Source: Pelomyxa schiedti (taxonomy: Eukaryota; Protista; Evosea). Taken from it: a stretch of DNA of 64,000 nt. The translations under genes were made by a program, and so were the position numbers. The notes beneath the pieces were generated by a model, which saw only the letters and a list, made by a program, of their open reading frames with translations, made no database searches and had not been told where the DNA came from. This document shows, in pieces, positions 52,207-64,000 of this stretch (position 1 is its first letter; every line of letters starts with the position of its first letter). Where the stretch lies: positions 123,364 to 187,363 of the forward strand of contig JAHLWZ010000518.1 in NCBI GenBank assembly GCA_020536535.1, given 5' to 3'.

Positions 52207-52892
52207 ATGGCACACAACGATACTGAGAGGGGGTGCTGCTTCCCTTACCAAACACCAACAACGAATCCTCAAGCTGATTAGATTCTATGACGACTCTAAC
52301 ACCACCACAACATCTTCCTCCTCCTCCACAACCACCACCACTAGTAATAGACATCAGCACAACAAACAACAGCAACAACATGGACCGGGAGCAGCACGAG
52401 GGCAGCCGTGTGCCCCAAACCCATTTTTGGTGCTTCAGTGTGACCCACGCGAAGTCGTGGCACCAGGGCGGACCATGATCAAGTTACGGCCGTTGTTAAC
52501 AACCACAAGTACCGTCGTCTGGTGCGCCTGTTGCACCCTGACCAGCAACGCCGTGGCGGCTGTGGCTGTCCCACAATTGCGGCCTCTGATCCGCCACCCT
52601 CGTCGTCAGCATTCCCACTGGATCCAAGTGCCTCTGCTGCTTCTCGTACAACAGTTGCAAGTTCCATGGCCACAGAACCAGGCCCAGCCAACAAGCATGA
52701 CGAGGATGGTGAAGAAGGGGAAGGGGAAGGGGGGATGATGACGACGAGGGGAGGGTGCGATGGTGGTACATTGCGAGGTGTGCGTGTGCAACAGACTGAG
52801 GGTGGCACAGTGTGTGGATGCAGCTAGGGAGGCGCGTGATACTTTGTTGGCTGACGGGGTGGTGCAGTCGTGCTTGTATGTTGTCTTGTATT
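52207..52892 (+). pseudogene. Frameshifted copy of the J-domain-like gene at 57261
   Basis: Relative to copy 2 it has indels, e.g. cttccc-ttacc vs cttccctacggttacc, and aacaaccacaagtacc vs aaccagcagtacc, which move RRLVRLLHPD out of frame with the start. Confidence 0.75.
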
Positions 52893-52992
52893 NNNNNNNN
52901 NNNNNNNNNNNNNNNNNNNNNNNNNNNNNNNNNNNNNNNNNNNNNNNNNNNNNNNNNNNNNNNNNNNNNNNNNNNNNNNNNNNNNNNNNNNN
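52893..52992. other. Assembly gap (100 N)
   Basis: Run of N. Confidence 1.
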
Positions 52993-54286
52993 CATTGATA
53001 GCTTTCACTGTCTTTAAGTATTCAACAGCGTGTGGAGTATCGTGGGCAGCCTTTGCCTCTTCATAGGCTGCACGGTACAAGTCCTTCAGTCTTGTAGCCT
53101 GTTGAATAAAAATAGAGAGAGTTCAATGGCAATGAACAAACTCAATGTACGCACTGCTTCTACTTCAGAGGATTTTGGTGCAGATACAACTGGTGATATT
53201 TTGGGAGGAGTTGCAGGCTGAGACTGAACCATTGTAGCAGCTGCAACTGCCGTTTTCGGCTGTTTGGGTGGTGCTGGTGATACTGGTTCTTCAGGAACTA
53301 TTTTAGGAGGTACTGGTGCAGGTGAATTGTGCTCTGCATGGCCTTTTGTTGCAGGTGGAAGGGCAGCGCGTTTGGACTCAGTTTTTTGCTGCAATAGCTG
53401 CTGTAGTCGAGCCACTTCCTCTTGGTAAAAGTGCAATTGCTTTTCTGCATATGCAAGAGCTTTTTGTACATCCTCAACCGTGTCAAGGGGCTGTTGCCTC
53501 TTCATGGGCAAACTTCCTCCCTCCTCTGGTTTTTCCTCATCTGCAGCAAAACTATTATACTCCTTCAACAATTCTTCATCGTCTTCGATGGTATCCTCGT
53601 TAGCATCAATATCAGGATCATTAAGAGAAGCCATGAGCTTTGCTACATCAAGGGGCTTTGGTGGCGCTTCAATCGACAGAGTTTTCGGTGCACCAAGGTC
53701 ATATTCGTCAACCACTTTCTTTCCTGTTGTTTTTGTTGATTTTTCATTAATACAAGTCAGACTCAAATCCTTCCCCCCCCCCCCCTTTTTTTTTTGTTTT
53801 TTTTGACACCATAAAGCAATCTCTACATGTATATACATTTAGTCATTTGTTGATATTGGCTAGTGTACCTCCCGCCGGCTTCTTCGCTCCCGACTTCGCG
53901 GGCGCCGCTTGCACCGTAGTCGTAGTGGACGTGACCTTCTTGGGCGCCGCGGCGGGCTTGGGCGTGGGCGTCGGCGTCGGCGTGGGCTGGGCGGCCGGCT
54001 GCTGTTGTTGCTGCTGCGGCGGCTGCTGGGCGCTGCGGCGCGGCGGGGCGGCCTTGGTGGCCTCCCGCATGAGGGCGTCCTCGTCCATGCCCTCGAGGTC
54101 GCCGTAGTCCCCGTCGTCCACCACGTCGGCCTCGGTCTCGTCCAGCAGCTTCTTGGCCACGTCGAGGGTGGACGCCACGGCCTGCGCGGACGGAGGCTTC
54201 GCCGCGGGCGTCTGCGGTTGTTGGCTTGGCGGTGCCGCCCCCGGCGTTGTAGCCGACGGCGCTGACTTCCTTCCCCACCCAAACAT
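52993..54286 (-). CDS. CC2D1/Lgd-like protein with DM14-type repeat, 3' end lost in the gap
   Basis: MFGWGRK start; acidic DLEGMDEDALMRE and DDEELLKE segments; coiled coil; RLKDLYRAAYEEAKAAHDTPHAVEYLKTVKAI resembles the DM14 consensus. Confidence 0.55.
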
Positions 54287-54455
54287 TTCTTTTTGATTTT
54301 GATTATTGTTGTGCCTGCCCAACAGCCACAATAAATGAACATTTGGCTCCAAAGTCTCTCCCATAAGCAGATCAGTCCTGCTGTGTGGATACAGTGCACA
54401 AGGATGGATCGGTGGTGAGTTGGTGCCTGACCAATTAACGTATCCGATGTAACGA

Positions 54456-55413
54456 ATGTCCTGCGAAACCACCCACGGCACGTTGGACGGGGATGCTCTC
54501 AACAAGTGCACTCTGGCGGCACAGTTGTCCGTGTTCCGCATTTTCGTTCGGCCCTACTTGAAGGACCCCACGTCCTTGTACAGCCAGGTCGAGTACCAGC
54601 CCCGCAACGTCCTGCGCCTCCCCGCGGTGTGCCGCCTCTGGGCCGAAGCCTTCGGCCCCATGGCCCGGCGGGTGGACGCGTGCTCGGGCCGGCGGGGCGC
54701 CAGGGGATACTTGACCACTCCCTTGGCCTACGGCGGTGGGGAGGAAGGGGTCGGCGTGGAATGGTGTTCTTACCTATGGTGCGTACAAGTTGTTGTTGCA
54801 TTGGGTGTGGTGTAGTGCTTGGAATTCTTTTATTTGTTCCACTGGCACTTGATTTGGCACCACCGTCTTTTATGTTTTATACTGAATACCGTTGACATTT
54901 TTTTTAAAAAAAAAAAACCTTAGCACCAGGATAGTGGTTCCTGTTTTTTGGTCTGGGCCTGCTACTTCCCCTAATGTTGAATTGCTATCAGCCTCTATTG
55001 TTTTACATATACGTGAATCGGAAAAAGTGTCGTATGCATACCATGTGGAATGGAGTGCACCCAATGGAAACAGAGAATTACTGCCTCTAGAATGCATTAT
55101 CAACCCTTTGAACAAAAATGAGCTTACTTCTTCCAATGTGGAATGCATATGGCAGTTCAGAATCAATAAATACTGTGTTGGAATCGGCTTCAGTGTAACA
55201 ACACTAACAGGAGGAGGTGGCAAGAGTGGTACTATTTACACACCTCGCCAACTTCCCTGGGTGGAACATATTTCGCATTCCTACCAGTCATTTTATCACA
55301 GCCCAGATAATGTGATGACTTTTACACTCACCACACAATCAAGATGGGAAGCCCCCGAGAGCTTTTCATTGCTTGTCACACGGACAAAAAGAAACCCCCC
55401 CATGTTTTTTTGA
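54456..55413 (+). CDS. Hypothetical protein, at least two exons
   Basis: GC3-rich exon MSCETTHG..; a long downstream ORF (VPVFWSGP..WQFRINKYCVGIGF..) ends at TGA 55413. No family recognised. Confidence 0.5.
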
Positions 55414-55545
55414 AACAATCTTCCTTTTCATCCTGAAACCCCTGAAAACAAATGAAAAACACAGGCACAGGGCCGTGCACCTCCAAGGCGGCGGAAAAAT
55501 ATGGGGAGGAAGAGGGAGGCTGGGGAACTGGTCCAGGCCGAGCAC

Positions 55546-57952
55546 TGCACCCCAAGACCGACAATTGCAAGAAGGAATTCCCAAATAAAGTACGCTGTCT
55601 CCCCATCTCCTACGGAAATAAATAGGAAACTCGTATTATTTCACAACATAATTAAATATTCCAGACAAACCAAACCCGCAATTAACAAGCACCCAACAAA
55701 CCAACAAAAACAAACAATAAACAATGAACGGCGACATTGAGACTCCTCCAGTGGTGGGAGAGCCAACAAACATCACCATCCATGGCCTTGAGAACCAGCA
55801 ACTCATAAACAACGTCCACAGTGACCAAATGCCCAATGATGGTAGCACTCCTGGGATACTCCCCACTTTGGCTGAATTGACTCCATTGGTGAAGACAAGG
55901 GGTCCGTTTTTGTACAACTTGATAGCCTCGGCGGGAATTCTGGCCCTATCATTCGTTGGTATGTTTGTGAGTTGTTATGCATTAGTACTATTTCACATTG
56001 AGTTATTAAATTGCATTATTTGTATTTACAAGGCTGACTGTATTGTTGTGCAGTTTGGTTCTGCGTTAGCATTGCAACCACTTGGTTCCCATGGTTCATA
56101 GGGCCAATGGCTCTGTGTGCTTTGAGCTTGAGTACTCATTTCTACTTGTTCATAAGACCAAAGTAAGGCTAAATTCCTTATTAATTTTCGCAACTCAAAA
56201 TTGCTTAGGGAGTGGTTCAACTGTCACATTGCATGGTTTGCAACACTAAATTGCTTGTTCCTGACCACGTGGCTTGCTTGCAATACCTATTCCGTTTTCC
56301 CTATTTATACCTTTGTGATTCTTGGATGTCTCTTGGGTATCCACAAGATCTTCATACTGTGCGCGGCCAATTTTCAGTTATTTTTCCATACTTACTTGAG
56401 TTTTTACAGGCATAGAGCAGAAAAGCGCTTGTTTGCACTTTATTGCCATTCCTGCGTTAGCATTGCCGTAAACATCTGTTTGTTCTTTTTGTACCTGGAT
56501 ACTAGAGACTCAACCCGATTCCCCTGGTTCGTATTCCCGATGATGTGCGGATCACTTGTTTTCCTGGCACACTACTCATGTAATCTCCCAAAATAACCCC
56601 TTCCTCTGAGTTCTAACTAAAATCAACTTTAGATCAATACAAGCTGGATTTCTTCACAATTCACACCTATTTCTTTGTCTCCTGCCAGCTATGGCTCATT
56701 ATAGTATGGGAGGTCTGCGGACCAACATGGCCATGGTTCTTCATTCCCCTCTTCCTGTGGAGCATACTGCTCGGTGTCCACTATTACAAGTTCTTGCCGA
56801 AAAAGTCAGCATCAACAGAAAGTATGGCTCCACGCCTGTAGCATGACCTATAATAATTTACATCACCAGACCCAGTCACAGTGGTTCCATCTCCTGCTCC
56901 ATTTGGAAGTGTACCCGAGGGCAACATGCAATCATCAGTGTTCGCACCAATCCCAACCACAACCAATGATATGCAGCAACCACCCTCAACCACCACAGTC
57001 CCTGTTATGGTTCTGCCAACAACAGGCACACAACAAATGCCACCACAATTATACCCCTCCAACCCATTCCTATAGACCACCCTGCACCCAAACTCACATT
57101 CTAAATGTAACCCTACAAGAGGCGCATAAAACGACACTTTTGACACTCTTTAACCAACTTGTTGTTGAGTGAGGCGCACAACACCATCAAAACTGTGAAT
57201 CTCGGTTTGGAAAGTGATGGTGAGGCACCGGCAGTTCTAATTTTTTGTGGCACTAGTGACATGGCACACAACGATACTGAGAGGGGGTGCTGCTTCCCTA
57301 CGGTTACCAAACACCAACAACGAATCCTCAAGCTGATTAGATTCTACGACGACTCTAACACCACCACAACATCTTCCTCCTCCTCGACAACCACCACCAG
57401 TAATAGACATCAGCACAACAAACAACAGCAACAACATGGACCGGGAGCAGCACGAGGGCAGCCGTGTGCCCCAAACCCATTTTTGGTGCTTCAGTTGGAC
57501 CCACGCCAAGTCATGGCACCAGGGCGGACCCATGATCAAGTTACGGCCGTTGTTAACCAGCAGTACCGTCGTCTGGTGCGCCTGTTGCACCCTGACCAGC
57601 AACGCCGTGGCGGCTGTGGCTGTCCCACAATTGCGGCCTCTGATCCGCCACCCTCAGGGTCGTCAGCATTCCCACTGGATCCAAGTGCTGCTACTGCTGC
57701 TTCTCGTACAACAGTTGCAAGTTCCATGGCCACAGAACCAGGCCCAGCCAACAAGCATGACGAGGATGGCGAAGAAGGGGAAGGGGAAGGGGGGATGATG
57801 ACGACGAGGGGAGGGTGCGATGGCGGTACATGCGAGGTGTGCGTGTGCAACAGACTGAGGGTGGCACAGTGTGTGGATGCAGCTAGGGAGGCGCGTGATA
57901 CTTTGTTGGCTGACGGGGTGGTGCAGTCGTGCTTGTATGTTGTCTTGTATTT
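55546..57952. repeat. Segmental duplication copy 2
   Basis: Near-identical to 50488-52892; ORF translations for the 2TM gene are the same. Confidence 0.95.
55724..57075 (+). CDS. 2TM-repeat membrane protein (copy 2)
   Basis: Same exon translations as 50666-52017. Confidence 0.6.
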
Positions 57953-58650
57953 TGTTTTTGTTTCTCGCGGCTATCTTTCTGTGCTGTTGCTGTTCTATCT
58001 CGGTTCTCTTTCGGCTGATAACTAACTTATTTTGTAGAAACTTTGTGAGTGAGTATGGTGCCAGTAATCCATCGAAACGCACATCTGAGGACCTGTTGGA
58101 GCGCCTGGACTCCTTTTTCCAGCATTTCACACCTCAACATACAAAGATACAACCTCACCACAAAACATCGCTAAACGATGGTGTACTTGCTACCGAATAC
58201 TCTTCGCAAACTGCAACATTCACAACTGAAGATGCACTTCCCGGTACAGAAGAATACTCAGAGCCCAAAGCCACAATGACGGCGAATCCTCTATCAAACT
58301 CTACAGTACAAAACCACGATGAGGAAGAAGCAGAGGGCACACTTTGTCAAAGTCTGATGGTTCTATCTTCACAAACATCTGTGGTTGCTGTGCCTGAACA
58401 TATGCCTCTCGGGGAAACAGTTTACACTTCCGTTGTCACTAATGCTGAAGGAGAACAGGTGACAGTCTTCAACAAAGTTGCGGCACGTGGTTCAGAGCAC
58501 ACAAAGAACAAAATGCCACATAAGAAAGACAGGCACGAGAAGGGAATTTCACAAAGGCAAATGATTCGAAAAAAAGCAGCAGAGAGATATGTCATGAAAG
58601 GGGTTTCTTTCAGTGGTAAGGTGCATTCACTTCCAGATAATGCAACATAG
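57261..58650 (+). CDS. J-domain-like protein with long insertion after HPD
   Basis: NPFLVLQL..VNQQYRRLVRLLHPD, then ~70 aa of Gly/Cys/acidic insert, then CVDAAREARDTLL. It splices (TC|gt..ag|A) to NFVSEYG.. and a basic tail. Confidence 0.65.
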
Positions 58651-58734
58651 TACCACTGGTTTATGTTTATTGTGAGTTTTTTGTAATACAAGCAAAAGGT
58701 TCAACCTTTTTTTTTTCCATTTGTTTTGTGAACT

Positions 58735-59637
58735 TTACAGGCACCCAGACCTTATCCAAGCTTCCATTGTTTGAAGCTGTGCTTCAAAATGTCTGTTTGG
58801 TTGGCAAATGGCGTGCCCCTGTTTTGCCTTTGCCAAAGCTTCACTGTATGGCATGTTATGTACAGCCATCAGAATGGCAACAGTCACAGAGCCACTGCGA
58901 CTTACACCCTGTGCACAGTGAACAAAAACGGTAGTCCCTTTCGCTCTGGCCTCCTTATAGAATGAAATGGCTTGTGGGAGGCTGGGACGCAAGTCTGTGG
59001 CAGAATCATCTGTCATATCTATTTGGCCAAATGTCAGTGTGCAGTCACAACGTGGGTGTGAGAATTTACTCAAGTTAAGGTAGGTGAATTCAGCAGGGAA
59101 TTGTTTGAACTTGGGCCAAGTGACTTCCAGTCCCTTTGCACAGTTTATGATGTGTGTTACTACAACAAATGGCAGTAGTGAGACAAGTCACACCACAGCT
59201 GGTTACACACTATTATGTGCTTTTAGAGCTGCGATGTTCATGGAAGCCAGCATCGAGCCCATACAGAGGCCCTCCTCAACCACAGACGGGGTGTTATTGG
59301 CCCTGGTGAGTGTTGCCACTGCTTGTTGTTCCGNNNNNNNNNNNNNNNNNNNNNNNNNNNNNNNNNNNNNNNNNNNNNNNNNNNNNNNNNNNNNNNNNNN
59401 NNNNNNNNNNNNNNNNNNNNNNNNNNNNNNNNNCCTCAACCACAGACGGGGTGTTATTGGCCCTGGTGAGTGTTGCCACTGCTTGTTGTTCCGCTGTGGT
59501 TCCCTCATGTGACACGCAGTCATGCAAACATCCCACACACAGATTTTTCTAGTTGCGGTGTTTTCCTTTTCCGATACAATTTGGTTGGTACTAGGGAAGA
59601 GAATACTTTGAATTTGTTTGCCTCGAACCCATAACAT
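58735..59637 (-). CDS. Small dual-specificity protein phosphatase spanning a gap
   Basis: PITPRLWL..LKAHN; DDSATDLRPSLPQAISF; VFVHCAQGVSRSGSVTVAILM; ICQPNRHFEAQL. Confidence 0.9.
59334..59433. other. Assembly gap (100 N) flanked by a 60-bp contig overlap
   Basis: 59274-59333 is identical to 59434-59493. Confidence 0.95.
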
Positions 59638-60349
59638 GAACAGCCAGGTTCCCTACACAGCGTGACGCCCCCGGACATTCTTCTTCCGAAAATAATTCAG
59701 AGAAGACCAGGGAAATAGATCCCACAATCCGGCGCACCGGGAAAACACTGGTTTTTTAAGACGAAGCTCGGTGTTTAATTTCCGGAGCCATCACGGGGAA
59801 GGAGTGTGACTTGTAGCGGCAACGTTGGTTCCATTGAAAATTACCCCCCCTTTTTTTTTTGGGTTGAAGCGGCACTTCCACATTACGGCATTGTGGTGCA
59901 GTCCATTTGCTGGTGGCGGCAAGTGATTCTGTGGGTGCTGGGTGCGGCAGTATATTTTACACGCAGGCGAAGGTCCGGCTAGTTCCTACACTAGGTGAGT
60001 TTGCAGCAGAAATGGAAGAGTGGTGCTAGTTCACAGTGCCTACAACTTTGTACAGCAGCTGCGGCAGAGTATTTGGTGCTGGCTCACACTATGAATTTGG
60101 CGTGGCAGTATTACAGCTGGTGCTACTGGGCATTGAAACAGGATGATGAGGGCCAGTACCAGAATAGTTGTGTTTGCTCTGGTGTTGTCATAATTCCACG
60201 TGTATACGTAGGGCTCGCTGGATCTGGGTGACAACCACGTCGATTTCGCGTGTGGTTGGGGTCTTTTATGGTTGGTATAAAACCGCTTGGTCTGGTCTCC
60301 ACCATCAGATGTCATTGTAGGGGTACTTGCTTGCACCAACCCAAAATTA

Positions 60350-63300
60350 TAAGAGATCTGGCCTCTGGAAGAACAACCATCTCCTGACAAGACCCAACCC
60401 TTTAACACCAACCAACCAACAAAGATTAAGGGTCTACTTTCTTTCCCTCCACTCTGCACTACAGCCCTCCTGGTGGTGTGGACACCAGAGCCAACAAGTT
60501 CCTCAACACCACCCCAACAAAAAAAAGGGAGTAATTTTCTATGGAACACCACCACAAAGTCAGAACCTGACCCAGGACCAACGTTGCCGCTACAAGTCAC
60601 ACCCCTTCCCCCTGGTGGAGCCAAATCTCTCAGAAAGTGCCTCTTGTTAAGAAACCGGTTTTTTGAATTGTGGGATTTCAGAATTGAAAATTCAATTCTC
60701 GGCGACGAGTTCGAGTCGAGTACCGGTACTAATGAGTGGGCGCCAGTCGACTGCGGAGTGCGAAACAAAGTCGTGTGTTTTTTTCTTTCGTTTTCCTTCT
60801 TCGACCGGGTGTTTGCCGGTTGTTTGGCAAAGAGTAATCGGGGGACAATAGATCTGTTGCAGGTACAATATCGGACCCCTCACAGTGTTGCGGAATGCCT
60901 CTTTCCTGCGTGCTACTTCTTCGGGTATGAAAAAACAGGAGCAGGCACTCCCAGGTTACTCTTCTGTGGGTTAGCGAGAGCTAAGCAAATTAACGTAAAA
61001 AAACACAAAAACCAACAGACCCGAAGAAGTAGCACGCAGGAAAGAGGCATTCCGCAACACTGTTGTTGGACTTGGTGCGCTATGGCAAGTGTTCTACCCT
61101 TATTACGTTTCAGGAGGTGCAACTCTGGCCGCATCACCAGCGCCGGTATTGTGCTGTTGCAAAAGGAAAAGAAATTCGGTGTGTTGGAACAAAAAAGCAC
61201 TTGCCTTGCACCTCCAACACTACGACGAGCCTGACATATGGTTTGCCACCATCATGGCGGATATCTTCTACCCATTTGGGACCAAACTGTCACTCAGTTG
61301 GCTTAAGAAGAGGCTTGAGTGCAACGTGAACATAATGAACGCTTGTGCCAGCCATGGTTCCATTGTCACTGCACGAAATCTGCTTCGCGATTACATAAAG
61401 CAGTTTGGTTTCTTTCCTGCCGTCGTTCCAGGTTTTCTTTTTCCCTTTTTTTTTTTTGTAAAGTGAGATTTGAGTCCGCCCTAAGTCATCTATCACACCT
61501 CAGGTGCCTTGTACTTTGCTATTTCACATTGCCAGTTTGATTTCCTTCAAGAATGGGTGTCAGATTCACCGTTCAGAGTGTTATTCAACAGCAGTGACCA
61601 GAACGAGTTGCTTCCAACCAGGCTTCTACAGGACGGTCGCAACAGAAACCTGTACGTTGCCATCTGCATGGGCATTGCACTTGCCTGGAGGTCTGCGTCA
61701 CGTGCAACAGATCAAGCAGACAAGGCAAGGTTTGAATCTAAACTGACCCGGTTGCTACAGCTCATCAACACTGGCCTCCTGATGACAACCCACAACTATC
61801 GCAGAGAACTTCTTGAAATAGCAAGCTACGCAGGGGCCCTTCCTCTGGTTGAGGTCATCTTTGAGAAGTCTAAAAAGTTCCTGATATTTGATGATTACGA
61901 CCCAAGAGAGCCCTTCATGAATAGCCTGCATAACGCTGCAGCAGGAGGCAATCACGACATTTGCCAACTCTTATTGCTCAAGACATCCGTGAGAGGAAGC
62001 TTCCCGTTCAACTTGTCCTTGAGCACCCTTTTATTGAGTGCTGTGTGCAGAAATCAACAATACTTCACTGAAATTTGCAATATGCTGCGCGAAGCTTTTG
62101 TGAAGACGTCCCTTTGGACTTTGGACTTTGCTTCCATCAGATGTGGAATTTGAAAAATACAATTGGGTTCCGTTCACGCAAGCTGTGATCGCGGACTCTG
62201 CCGCAGCTCATGGGCAATGGGGCATTCTCCGAACCCTGCTGAGCCCTGAGTTGTGGTAAAGAGACGATAAATTCCTGAAGTGCCTGCCCCGTATGCTGTG
62301 CAGCGTTGCAAAGTTCAACACGACTGAAGCTCTTTCCGTTTTCAAAGAGTTGTACAACGAATGGAAGGGGCTCACCAGCGACAAACTGCCCTCCGACTTT
62401 GTGAAAACGATCCTCAAAAATGTGTGTTCGCACAACAATTCTCACATCTTCCAGCTGTTGGTGGCCCATCCTGCTGAATTCAACCCCGAGATTGAGCGAC
62501 TTTTGACAGACTTGCTTGCTGCTGCGTTGATGCCAACTTCCAAGCACATTCACAAGTTATACGAGGACCTCTTTGGGCTCACTCAAAAAGAAATTGCGTC
62601 ACTGCCAGACGACGTCTCGCGACGCCGTGTACTTCGAAAACCAACCTATGAAGTTGCCACTGGGCTGCTACAATTTTTCGGAGCTCGAAAAATCAGTGAC
62701 CAGACCCCCCCTGGTGAGAAGTCCTCAAAGGTTTATCGCGAGGACGTCAAAATTGATGGTGCACTTGGGGAGTTGATAAAGAAGGGATGCGATTACGACG
62801 CAATGCAATGGTTGATAGACAAACAGTTGCTCTGCTCAGAATTGGTTGTCGGCTCGTCCACTCCCCAAGAAAGGAGGTGCAGAGCCATTTTTCATCATTG
62901 GATATCGCAAGTTGAATAAGCACGTCTCGGCACTCCAGAGGGTCATATCTTGGTTGAGTTCATCGCTTTCCGTGGAGGAGCTCGAGGACACTCTTTGCAC
63001 ATCATCAACTTATCCTTGGCCGGTTACACTGTTTTGCTTGCAAACCTGTGACCGGTTTCGCCATTCTGTCACAGTGCATGTGAGCTGCAAGTTTACGTTC
63101 TATTCGCTCCCGGCTGCCATTTTCGTGGACTTGAGCACCGCAGGCAAGTTTTTCGATGTGGACGAAACAAAAGGACTGCCATCTCTTTTTGGGTTGCTTG
63201 TCAGTGTCTGCCCCACAGAGGGAATCAAGGACAACCTGCGTATGTTTTTCGTGAATGGATGTGAGGTGCTTGCAAAGTTACCCGATCAAGAACGTGTTGA

Positions 63301-63811
63301 GACATTCAAAGTGAAAGCCAAGTGCATTCTGGGCCTTGACAAGGGTGATTCCTGTTGTACCAGTACTGCTGATTCTACTTCTACTTTTCCTTCCCCTTCT
63401 ACTGGTGGATACATTCGTGACATGCTAAACCCACATCGTCCGTTGACGCAGCAGCGAAAGCCCTTCAAGAGATATAGCCACACCTTTCCAAGACGCCAGA
63501 AGGTATTAACGCTACCCCAATCCCGGTCTCAACCCGAGGTTCAAGAGAAGCCGCAGTCAGAAAAACAGAGAAAAAACCAGCATAAAAACCGTAAAAGGAA
63601 AAGCACAGAAACGGCAACAACAGAAGCCACAACAACCGCGAACACAAACACAAGCACCGCCGCAGTTTCAACTCCTCCAGCATCTCTTCCTCCTCCCCCT
63701 CAGATAGTTCCTAGTTCACCCAGTGATAATGATAACAATGCTGATGCCGACAAGGAGACACCAACAGAACCCTCACCCAAGGTCAACAGGCCAAACACTT
63801 CTTCACAGTGA
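60350..63811 (+). CDS. Large hypothetical protein with degenerate ankyrin-like helical repeats; start uncertain
   Basis: Chained ORFs joined by GT-AG introns; MNACASHGSIVTARNLL, LEIASYAGALPLVEVIF, SLHNAAAGGNHDICQLLL; low-complexity tail ending at TGA 63811. Confidence 0.5.
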
Positions 63812-64000
63812 TACCCTTTAACGAACAGTCCCACCGCCCTCTGATAATTAGTACAAAAAAATGACACGAAAAATTTTTCTTGCTTGAAACTACAAAGTGT
63901 ACAACGGTGAAGCGAACTATGGGACAAAAAAAAGAAAAGAAATTAACAACAGTCCGAATTGTTCTTAGGTGGGGGTGTGGGTGGAAGTGGTGTTACAGTG

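Larger units (their letters stand above)
50488..52892. repeat. Segmental duplication copy 1 (pairs with 55546-57952, offset 5058)
   Basis: Identity starts at tgcaccccaagaccgac with different unique sequence upstream in each copy. The right end is cut by an N gap. Confidence 0.95.

Noticed and set aside
59274-59493. 60-bp direct repeat inside the phosphatase gene
   Set aside because: The copies abut both sides of the N gap; this is an unmerged contig overlap. Merging them restores the phosphatase frame.
1-64000. CRISPR arrays, tRNA/rRNA genes, transposases, prokaryotic operons
   Set aside because: No regularly spaced repeats, cloverleaf or rRNA motifs, or DDE/RT motifs were found by eye. A tRNAscan-SE/Infernal run would be needed to exclude small RNAs.

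Overview
This is a compact, intron-rich eukaryotic genome window, not a prokaryotic one. Conserved proteins are split by many short (~40-110 nt) GT-AG introns, genes are tightly packed on both strands, and there are two 100-N scaffold gaps. Gene content and style resemble an anaerobic amoebozoan such as Pelomyxa (Archamoebae); that assignment is inference. Manual splicing supports about 25 genes: ARH1-type ADP-ribosylhydrolase, a Gpc1-ACP-acyl-ACP-synthetase fusion, a double-PqiA membrane protein, an LRR protein, RFC1, a C45 Ntn-hydrolase, CK2 beta, a ubiquitin-fusion protein, a Crinkler-type REase-kinase, a MalY/PatB PLP enzyme, a PAS adenylyl cyclase, EMC1, a band-7 protein, two dual-specificity phosphatases, a START protein, a GH123/DUF4091-like protein, a truncated major vault protein, an AEC transporter, duplicated 2TM-repeat and J-domain genes, a DM14-like protein and orphans. 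There is also a decayed RAD50 fragment. The strongest novelty candidate is the single-gene fusion at 1083-4923, joining a eukaryotic glycerophosphocholine acyltransferase to a carrier protein and a bacterial Aas-type acyl-ACP synthetase, which may act as a self-contained lipid-salvage enzyme. Other notable items are sharply bounded GC3/CpG-rich islands in 5' exons and a ~2.4 kb segmental duplication with asymmetric decay. No tRNA, rRNA, CRISPR array or recognisable transposon was seen. Family assignments come from motif recognition, not database searches.
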